Origin: Octopus sinensis
Taxonomy: Eukaryota
DNA: 64,000 bases
Assembly: GCF_006345805.1 (NCBI RefSeq)
Contig: NC_043010.1
Location: 52,452,001 to 52,516,000 of the forward strand
Reading direction: 5' to 3'
Part shown: positions 53,936 through 64,000 of the stretch, one piece after another
How the letters are laid out: each line of letters starts with the position of its first letter
Numbering within the stretch: the first letter of the stretch is position 1
Made by a program: the position numbers and the translations under genes
The notes under the pieces: generated by a model
Database searches by the model: none
What the model saw: only the letters and a program-made list of their open reading frames with translations
Told to the model about the DNA's origin: nothing

Positions 53936-54451
53936 CGTGGAGTCATCTAATGTGACTCTACTCAGAAGGCTGTAATAACATTTGATAGGAAACCCGGTAG
54001 AAAGAATACATAAACAAGGCTGTGACTTTAAGTACCTTTAATGTGGCCACACGTACATACCCAATCTGAACGAAAATGAAAATGGTTGATGTACATTTAT
54101 TCATATATCTACATGCATCTGCGTGGGTTGCATGTTAGCTGTTAACCCTAATGAGGAAAGCTCACGAACAGCGATATGTTAGAACCAGTGCAGTGTGTTG
54201 GTGCTCTGCAGATGTTGTTGACGACGTTGGTGAGAGACGAAGATGGAGGTCGCTTAGAAGGTCTGGACCCAACAGACCCCGAAACTAGGAGGAGGTAAGT
54301 TTTTATAGCTAACGGTAGGCTCAAATGTAGTTTAGAACAAACTGTCTCACATGATTTATTTGGAGGCTGCGATTGGTTGGGTTCCATATTGGTGCGCGAT
54401 AGACTAAGACACAAATTGCACCAATACCAATTATCATAATTATCATTAATT

Positions 54452-55020
54452 AAAGCGGAAAGCTTGCAGAAACTTTAGCACACCGGGCGAAATGCTTACC
54501 GGTATTTCGTCTGCAGCTACGTTCTGAGTTCAAATTCCGCCGAGGTCGACTTTGCCTTTCAGCCTTTTCGGGGTCGATAAATTAAGTACCAGTTACGCAC
54601 TGGGGTCGATGTAATCGACTTAATCCGCTTATTTGTTCTAGTTTGTCCTCTCTGTGTTTAGCCCCTTGTGGGTAATAAAGAAATAGGTATTTCGTCTGCA
54701 GCTACGTTCTGAGTTCAAATTCCGCCGCGATCAATTTTGCCTTTCATCCTTTCAGGGTCGATTAAACAAATACCAGTTACGCACTGGGGTCAATATAATC
54801 GACTTAATCTGTTTGTCTGTCCTTGTTTGTCCCCTCTGTGTTTAGCCCGTTGTGGGTAGTAAAGAAATAGGTATTTCGTCTGTCAAATTCCGTCGAGGTC
54901 GACTTTGCCTTTCATCCTTTCAGGGTCGATAAATTAGGTACCAGTTGCGTACTGGGGTCGATCCAATCGACTGACCCCTCCCCCCAAAATGTCAGGCCTT
55001 GTGCTTACAGCAGAAAAGAA
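54452..55020 (+). mobile_element. Array of Meta-domain-like SINE units
   Basis: Three consecutive units. Confidence 0.8.
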
Positions 55021-55221
55021 TATGTATATTTGCCTGTTATACAATATGTGTGCCTAGTTTTCTCTTCGTGTCTCTGTCGTTCTCTCTCTCTCTCTCACTT
55101 ACTCACTCTCATTTTGCTTGTCTATCTTTCTCTCTGTTTATCTCTCTCTCTCTCTCCTCTCACTCACTCTGTCTTTCAGTCTGTTTCTCGCTCTCTCTCT
55201 CACTCACTCTGTCTTTCAGTC

Positions 55222-55264
<43 letters not shown>

Positions 55265-55288
55265 CACTTTGACTATGTTTCTCTCTAC

Positions 55289-55325
<37 letters not shown>

Positions 55326-55489
55326 TCACTCTCACTCATTAATTTTGTTTGTCTGTCTTACTCTCTGTTTCTCTCTCTCTCTCTCTCTCACCCTGTCTTT
55401 CAGTCTGTTTCTCATTCTCTCTCTCATTCACTTTGACTATCTTTCTGTCTATTACACTCTCACTCTCCTTATTTTTGTTTGTCTATCTT

Positions 55490-55567
<78 letters not shown>

Positions 55568-55698
55568 TCTCTCTCTCCCTCTAATGCCCCTTCTCTCCTT
55601 TTTTGTGAAATATATTTGTTTGTTTTTCTTCTTCTTGTCTAAACAAATTACTTAACTTCTTTTAATCTTTGTATTTTCCAGAGATTTAACTGAAAAAA

Positions 55699-56211
55699 AT
55701 GCCTTCTGCACTTCAAAACCTAATTTGTTGTCGCCGAAATGATAGAGAAATGGTTTCATATAATGACAAGAACATCCCGGAGAAGGACTTTTATCCCGCG
55801 GAGGTGACAAAGAAGGAAAAGGTAAAAAAATGCAAAGAGAAAAGTAAAAAAGAATATAAAAAGAAAAAGAAAAAGAGAGAAAAAAAGGATGACGATGATG
55901 ACGACGATGATGATGAAGAAGGAAGTTGCGAAGAAAATGATGACGATGATGGCAGTGTCAGTAGTGATAAAGATGGTGGTAGTTGTGGTAGTGGTGGCGG
56001 TGGCGGTGGTAGTGGTGGTGGTGATGGTGGTGGTGGTGGTGGTGGTGGTGGTTTCTTCAGTGGTTTCAGTGGTTTCGGTGGTGGTGATAGTGGCGGTGGT
56101 GGTGGTGGTGGTGGTGGTGATAGTGGTGGTGGTGGTGGTGATAGTGGTGGTGGTGGTGGTGGTGGTGGTGGTGGTGGTGGTGATAGTGGTGGTGGTGGTG
56201 GTGGTGATTGA
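55699..56211 (+). CDS. Orphan CCRR/poly-Lys/Asp/Gly-rich protein, 170 aa (paralog B2)
   Basis: Acceptor gtattttccag| at 55681, with an in-frame TAA just upstream of the ATG. It encodes MPSALQNLICCRRNDREMVSYNDKNIPEK...KKKKKKREKKDDDD...GGGFFSGFSGFGGG...GGD*. AATAAA at 56504 and 56511. Confidence 0.8.
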   Translation: MPSALQNLICCRRNDREMVSYNDKNIPEKDFYPAEVTKKEKVKKCKEKSKKEYKKKKKKREKKDDDDDDDDDEEGSCEENDDDDGSVSSDKDGGSCGSGGGGGGSGGGDGGGGGGGGGFFSGFSGFGGGDSGGGGGGGGGDSGGGGGDSGGGGGGGGGGGGDSGGGGGGD

Positions 56212-56889
56212 TAGCAGTGGTGATAATTAAAGTGGTGATCGTGGGTGGGGGTCATGAAAGGAATTTACGTTAATAAATGTAACGTTGATATTGATTCGGC
56301 TAAAATTACTAAAAATCGCAAATATACAATAATTTATATGTCTGCTTTTTAATTGGTTTGAAAGATTATTAATATTGGGAGCGTATCATTGATAAGCTCG
56401 CAAATGAAGACGAGGGGAATTTGAGAAATCTACCTGATTGATTAACAGAACGATTAATGAAACAATCGATTAGTTAATTGGTTACATAGTTGACCAATTA
56501 ACTAATAAATAATAAAGAAATGAAATAGAACCAGCGCGTGTATTTATTATTGGCATAATGACCCACCCGAGATATTACAAAAGATAATAACTAACCACTG
56601 TATAAATGCTGTTTTCTAAGCGAAATTATTGTTATAAAAAAAAAATAGAATTACAATTCCTTTATTTTTACCGGTTTCAACCAAGAGACAGGGGCCATCC
56701 GGGCCAAAATCTTGAAAGAATTAAAAAAAAAAACATTTGTCAACTACAGAACATAACCTGGCCTTCGTTTTTTTTTATTGATCTCTATTTATCGAATGAC
56801 TACGTTCACCTTAGTGAGTTACACACCAATAAAAACGTAAGGCCACGAAGATTTTTGGCTTTCGTTCGCATTGTGTGCATACGAATACT

Positions 56890-57424
56890 CATACACACAT
56901 GTATGTATGTATGCATATCGTGTGTGTGTATGTATGTATGTATGTATGTATGTATGTATGTATGCATGCATGCATGCATGCATGTATGTATGCATGCATG
57001 CATGCATGTATGTTTGTATGTATGTATGTATGTATGCATGCATGCATGCATGCATGCATGTATGTATGTATGTATGTATGTATGTATGCATGCATGCATG
57101 CATGCATGCATGCATGCATGCATGTATGTATGTATGTATGTATGTATGCATGCATGCATGCATGCATGTATGCATGCATGCATGCATGTATGTATGTATG
57201 TATGTATGTATGTATGCATGTATGTATGTATGTATGTATGTATGTATGTATGCATGTATGTATGTATGTATGCATGTATGTATGTATGTATGTATGTATG
57301 TATGTATGCATGCATGTATGTATGTATGTATGTATGTATGTATGTATGTATGCATGCATGTATGTATGTATGTATGTATGTGTGTATGTATGTGTGTATG
57401 TATGTATGTATGCATGTATGTATG

Positions 57425-57458
<34 letters not shown>

Positions 57459-57812
57459 TGTATGTATGTATGTATGTATTTACGTATGTATGTATGTATG
57501 TATGTATGTATGTATGTATGTATGCATGCATGCATGTATGTATGTATGTATGTATGTATGTATGCATGTATGTATGTATGTATGTATGTATGTATGCATG
57601 TATGTATGTATGTATGTATGTATGTATGTATGCATGTATGTATGTATGTATGCATGTATGTATGTATGTATGTATGTATGTATGTATGCATGCATGTATG
57701 TATGTATGTATGTATGTATGTATGTATGTATGTATGCATGCATGCATGTATGTATGTATGTATGTATGTGTGTATGTATGTGTGTATGTATGTATGTATG
57801 CATGTATGTATG

Positions 57813-57846
<34 letters not shown>

Positions 57847-58090
57847 TGTATGTATGTATGTATTTACGTATGTATGTATGTATGTATGTATGTATGTATG
57901 TATGTATGCATGCATGCATGTATGTATGTATGTATGTATGTATGTATGTATGCATGTATGTATGTATGTATGTATGTATGTATGTATGTATGTACACGTG
58001 TGTGTATGTATATTGTGTGTATGTATACATCGGGCATGTTTGTATATATGTATGCATGCATTATGTACGTATTTATGTATGTATGTATGT
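56890..58090. repeat. (TATG)/(CATG) microsatellite with higher-order duplication
   Basis: Direct reading. It explains the 369-517 aa MYVC/HTYI ORFs. Confidence 0.95.
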
Positions 58091-58469
58091 GTGGAGGTAC
58101 ATGGCCTAGTGGTTAGAGCAGCGGACTCGCGGTCGAGGGATCGCGGGTTCGAATCTTAGACCGGGCGATGTGTGTGTGTTTATGAACGAAACACCTAAGA
58201 TCCACGCGGTTCCGACAGAAGGTAATGGCGAACTTCTGCTGACTCTTTCGCCACAACTTTCCTCCTGCATCTTGCAGCTCACCTACGACGGACCAGCGTT
58301 CCGTCCAGGTGGGGAAACCTATACACAATGGAAACCAGGAAACCGGCCCTATGAGCCAGTCGTGACTCGAGAAGGAACAAACAATGTATGTATGTATGTA
58401 CGTATGCCGGTATGTAGGTAGGTAGGATCGTATATATGTATCAAATAATTTTGTATTCTGGTATACACC

Positions 58470-58780
58470 TTCTAGTTGCATCCAACCAAAATGCAAATAT
58501 ATGGGAAATTACCACCTGTGTCATCTCTTGTGAAAGGTAGGAGAGTCCAGTTTGCTGGACATTGTTGTAGAGCTGAAAAAGAAGTAATTTCTACTCTTCT
58601 CCTCTGGAAGCCATCTACTCGCAATACCAGAGGGCGCACACTCTCCTACCCTGATGTAATCTCCAGGGATACAGGCATCCAGCAACAGGACCTCCGTAAT
58701 GCTATGATGGACCGTGAAGTCTGGCGTAACATAGTAAATTCCATTGTCTCGACCACGGTCGAACAATGATGAATGATGAT
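58470..58780 (+). mobile_element. RTE/RTE-X LINE 3' fragment
   Basis: HPTKMQIYGKLPPVSSLVKGRRVQFAGHCCR...AMMDREVWR with a (TGA)n tail. Confidence 0.85.
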
Positions 58781-59279
58781 GATCTAGTTGCCGTTTAAAG
58801 CTTGTTCGCGGTATTCTGGTATCTGGTGTCAACGGTATGAATGTGTTTGCCACTGGATTTATACCAGAAACTCCTTCGTGCTTGTAGAGTTTAATAAAAA
58901 AAAATACGAGAGAAAGAAAATGGAACTCACATGACTCTTTAGTATTTACTACGATCGTTTCCACCCATCCTACACCAGTGGCTCATACATAAAAGGCTGT
59001 ACAAACAACTGTGGTGTATAATAGGCGCAGATGTTTCTTGTCACGTGACTTGTCAAAAGGTACCTCGTTTTTAATCACCATCTCGCTTATTTCCTCCATT
59101 AGAATATATCGTGGAAGTAGTGGTGTACTACTCATTTATATGAAGAGCTGCGCCTAGGATGCACCACAACTGTTTGTACTCATCGTGCACCTGCGCAGCA
59201 CCGGTGCACGAGGAGTTGAAACAATCATAGCGAATAATAAAAAGTCCCGTGAAATCCATTTTCTTATTTTCATGTTTTA

Positions 59280-59912
59280 AATATGTATGTATTTATGTAT
59301 GTATGTATGTATGTATGTATGTATGTATGTATGTATGTATGTATGTATGTATGTGTGTGTATGTATGTATGTATGTATGTATGTATGTATGTATGTATGT
59401 GTGTGTATGTATGTATGTATGTATGCATGTATTTATGTATGCATTTATGTATGTATGTATTTATGTATGTATGTATGTACGTATGTATGTACGTATGTAT
59501 GTATGTATGTATGTATGTATGTATGTATGTATGTATGTATGCATGTATTTATGTATGCATTTATGTATGTATGTATGTATTTATATATGTATGTGTGTAT
59601 GTATGTACGTATGTATGTACGTATGTATGCATGTATGTATATATGTATTTATGTACGTATGTATGTATGTAATTATGTATGTACGTAGTATGTATGTATG
59701 TATGTATGTATGTATGTATGTATGTATGTATGTATGTATGTATGCATGTATTTATGTATGCATTTATGTATGTATGTATGTATTTATATATGTATGTGTG
59801 TATGTATGTACGTATGTATGTACGTATGTATGCATGTATGTATATATGTATTTATGTACGTATGTATGTATGTAATTATGTATGTACGTATGTATGTATG
59901 TATATATATATA

Positions 59913-59997
<85 letters not shown>

Positions 59998-60020
59998 TAT
60001 ATATGTATGTATGTATGCAT
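59280..60020. repeat. (TATG)n/(TA)n microsatellite
   Basis: Direct reading. Confidence 0.95.
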
Positions 60021-60196
60021 GTATCCATCCATCTATAAAGGTAATATCTCTCATATGACAATTGTCATGTCTTTCATATGATATTAGTAAAGTATTTTCT
60101 TTGACTCAGGTAATATCCCACCAGTGATACTACATTTTTTCTCACCTTTTACTTGTTTGAATCATTTCGATTGCGGCCATGCGTTTCCAAGCTTAC

Positions 60197-60290
60197 TTTC
60201 AAATTGTAACTGCATACACCCAGAAACTTGCCCACTTTATCAAGCATACATGGTTCGCTCGGTAGTTTACGAGCTGAAGTCACCTCAGTT
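60197..60290 (-). other. Candidate internal exon of a minus-strand transcript
   Basis: Minus strand cttttatcatttttgtag|94 nt|gtaagc. One open frame reads TEVTSARKLPSEPCMLDKVGKFLGVCSYNLK. Confidence 0.45.
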
Positions 60291-61267
60291 CTACAAAAAT
60301 GATAAAAGTCAACGGAAAAAAGTACATTGGTATATGCGAAGGGGACTTTTAAAAAAAGATATGCTAGTTACAAGTCTTTTTTCTGACATGGGGATAAAAA
60401 AAAAAAAAGAAATCCACATGGTTCCGGGTTCAGTCCCACTGCGTGGCATCTTGGGCAAGTGTCTTCTGCTATAGCCCCGGGCCGACCAATGCCTTGTGAG
60501 TGGATTTGGTAGACGGAAACTGAAAGAAGCCTGTCGTATATATGTGTATATATATGTATGTGTGTTTGTTTGTGTGTCCGTGTTTGTCCCCCTAGCATTG
60601 CTTGACAACCGATGCTGGTGTGTTTATGTCCCCGTTACTTAGCGGTTCGGCAAAAGAGACCGATAGCATAAGTACTGGGCTTACAAAAAAAGAATAAGTC
60701 CCGGGGTCGAGTCGCTCGACTAAAGGCGGTGCTCCAGCATGGCCGCAGTCAAAGGACTGAAACAAGTAAAAGAGTAAAAGAGTAAAGAGTGTTAGCAAGT
60801 CATATTTGGAACATGAAGGCTAGCAATACACTACACTCCATCAAGTGGGACATCATAGAAAAAATCCACGCCTTAAGCTAATGGCTCGAAGATACGCAAG
60901 CTTTTTATAGCCGAAAGATCGATCTCCTGTCCCTTTTTCAGACCTAAAGCGGGTGAGATGGCAGAATCGTTAGCCCTCTGGACGAAATAGCAGAAATTTG
61001 TCCATCTTTTTACGCTCTGAGTTCAAATTCCAGCGAGGTCAAATTTACCTTTCATCTTTCGGTATCAATAGAAAAAAAAGTATCGGTCTTGTTCAGATGT
61101 GGGGTGAGTTGTCTCGCTTGTTCTGAGACATTCAGTGTCTTTTAACACTAGCGTCGTGAAGGGACGTTTCCCAGGAAGTTATCTCGCAGCTAATGGGCGT
61201 ATTAACAACTCACAGACACTATGTATCTGTCAGAGCGGCTTATAATTCAAAAGTTGATATTGATACA

Positions 61268-61800
<533 letters not shown>

Positions 61801-62578
61801 ATCAAACATTCAAAAAGGACAGAAGAAACAATATTACACATTCGAACTTTGCACCATGTCAGCGACAGATTTCTCCTACATCTCCACTCTCCACTTCATT
61901 AAACCCTTATCATTTACCTCCCCTCCTAACTCATGCTTTTCTCTTCATCTCACTCTTCGCTTTCTTCTTTTTTCTCATTTATTTCTTTTCCCTTCTATAT
62001 TTCCCAATCTGTTTCTCTCTTCTACGACTTCTTGTTCAATCATTTGTCCAGCGTTCCTTATCAGTTGCAGCCACTCCTTCTAACTTTCCCGACACCCATT
62101 AATTTCTTGTGTTATCTTTTCCCCTGAAGAATGACTTTTCCCGAAATGTTAAATTTTCAAAACTCAACGTCAAGTTCACAATACTCTTATCAATTTTACA
62201 ATGTGTGTGTGTGTGTCTATATGTGTGTACGTGAAGGCGGTGAGCTGGCAGACACGTTAGCGCGCCGGACGAAATGCTTAGCGGTATTTCGTCTGTCGTT
62301 ACGTTCTGAGTTCAAATTCCGCCGAGGTTAACTTTGCCTTTCATCCTTTCGGGGTCGATAAATAAAGTACCAGTTTCGCACTGGGGGCGATATAATCGAC
62401 TCAATCCCTTCGTTTGTCCTTGTTTGTCCCCTCTATGTTTAGCCCCTTGTGGGCAGTAAAGAAATATATATGTGTGTACGTGTGTGTGAGTGTGCGTGCA
62501 CTTATGTATGTATGTGTATATGTATACAGGTGTAGGTGTGGCTGTGGACTGTGTAGTAAGAAGATTGTCTCTCAACTA

Positions 62579-63050
62579 CATGGCATCCTCGAAAATGATA
62601 ATGCAAAGATCCTGTGGGATTTTATGATTCAGTGCGGCCATGAGATAGAGAATAGGAAGCCAGACATAGTCTTAATTGAGAAAGAAAACAAACAATGCTG
62701 GATCATGGATATAGCATGCCCAACTGACAACAAGGTATGCGATAAGGAAGAAAGAACAGTCGATAGATATGACAGGTTAGCTTGGGAGGTAAAGCAGTTG
62801 TGGTCGATGAAAAAGTGGTAGTGGTACCAAAAATTGTCGGAACCCTAGGAACAGTGACCAAAAATCTCGAGAAGTACATGGAACAAATAAGGGCTGCAAT
62901 AAGCGCGGAGCACTTGCAGAAAACAGCACTGCTTGGAACCGCTCGAATACTCCGGAAGGAGCTCGAAAAATAAGAGGCATTACCTGAGTTCACTGGTAGT
63001 GAACAGCTGACACTGTAGTACATCTCTAGCGTTAGAAGCTGTGCAAAGGC

Positions 63051-63051
<1 letters not shown>
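62579..63051 (+). mobile_element. Dong/R4-clade LINE RLE endonuclease 3' fragment
   Basis: KILWDFMIQCGHEIENRKPDIVLIEK...IMDIACP...LQKTALLGTARILRK, ending at (TAA)n, the known Dong target. Confidence 0.9.
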
Positions 63052-63145
<94 letters not shown>

Positions 63146-63715
63146 TAAAAAAAAAAAAAATAATAATAATAATAAAGGAAAACTAAAATAATACCTGTTG
63201 TCATAGGTGCCCTGGGAATGATAGCGAAAGGGGCTGATTGCTACCTAACTCAGATACCAGGAAACCCACAAATGGCAGAAATTCAAAAGATAGTGCTCAT
63301 GGGAACTGCTCATATCCTACGCAAAATACTCTCTATGTAATCTCAGGGTTTAAAACAAACATAATTCGTTTTTTTTTGGGGACATTCACTAGTACAACAC
63401 CAAAAAAACAAAAACAAATATTTGGCACACAACAACAACATGAACTTCCAACCTGTTGTCTCTTGAGGTCTCTGGGTGAGACTTGGAGCCAACTTATACA
63501 AATATAAAGCAAAAGTCAAACATAGAATAATAATAATAATAATAATAGCAACAATAACAGATGAATTGTAGTTCACTACAGCTGTTTCAGACGTGTTTTT
63601 GTATTTATGTGTTGCATCAAGCAAAAGAGAATCCATTTTTCTTTAGGTGCATACAAGCGAGAATTAACAATTCCCAATTCACTATTCAAAAAGCTGGTTC
63701 TCCCGAATCCTGGAA

Positions 63716-63758
<43 letters not shown>

Positions 63759-63813
63759 ACATATTGTCTCATACATATACATTCTTACAAATTAAACTAT
63801 AAAGGACGCTCAC

Positions 63814-63885
63814 CGTGTGGGTTCATGTGAACTGATCGGTGAATTGTTCCACTTTTCTCTCTGAGTCACTGCCTGGGTATTTATA
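63814..63885 (-). promoter_or_regulatory. Candidate TATA promoter and short first exon
   Basis: Minus-strand TATAAATA (63885-63878), then about 40 nt of putative exon ending in CACG|GTGAGC at 63814/63813. Confidence 0.45.
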
Positions 63886-64000
63886 GCACACTTTGTGTGT
63901 GGAACAAGACAGATAAAGAGACTGTTGATCCGTGCAAATCGGAGAAAGAAAACATCAACTCAATTTTTCTTGAGATTGTTCGTGGCGAAATGTACTAATC

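Noticed and set aside
54061-54065. 5-nt minus-strand microexon (ttcag|ATTGG|gtatgt)
   Set aside because: Splice-like signals only, with no supporting context. Likely chance.
56606-58159. 517-aa ORF and other Met/Tyr/Cys-rich ([12 protein letters not shown]) ORFs, superficially reflectin-like
   Set aside because: They are translations of (TATG)n/(TA)n microsatellites, open in most frames, with no reflectin motif.
62120-62150. Additional hammerhead-like CTGAAGA...GAAA (also 12576-12600)
   Set aside because: Stem II does not pair convincingly or the core is degenerate.

Overview
AT-rich eukaryotic DNA dominated by microsatellites and transposons. The tRNA-derived SINE families, Dong/R4-, RTE- and Penelope-like fragments and (TACA)n/(TA)n/(TAA)n tracts are typical of an octopus (coleoid cephalopod) genome; this assignment is inferred. 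Nearly all ORFs in the supplied track are microsatellite or SINE artefacts. Real genic content: (1) exons 2 and 3 of a Vax-type homeobox gene (+, 10475-10662 and 14838-15044; exon 1 not found). (2) An apparently undescribed pair of paralogous single-coding-exon genes (+, 44313-44989/45035 and 55699-56211). They share a CCRR N-terminus, a poly-Lys tract, an acidic segment, a GGD-stop end, the splice acceptor and about 500 nt of 3' flank, but one has a Glu-rich tail and the other a Gly-rich tail. (3) Two paralogous non-coding exon-like blocks ending in AA|GTAAGT (about 20.7 kb and 32.6 kb), giving an unusual A1-A2-B1-B2 order. (4) A candidate convergent minus-strand spliced transcript starting at a TATA box near 63.88 kb. 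Also present: a Helitron, Tc1 and mariner relics, MITEs with 8-bp TSDs and internal TTAGGG repeats, tRNA-headed elements with hammerhead-like motifs, and many fold-back palindromes. Repeat boundaries were read by eye and are approximate.
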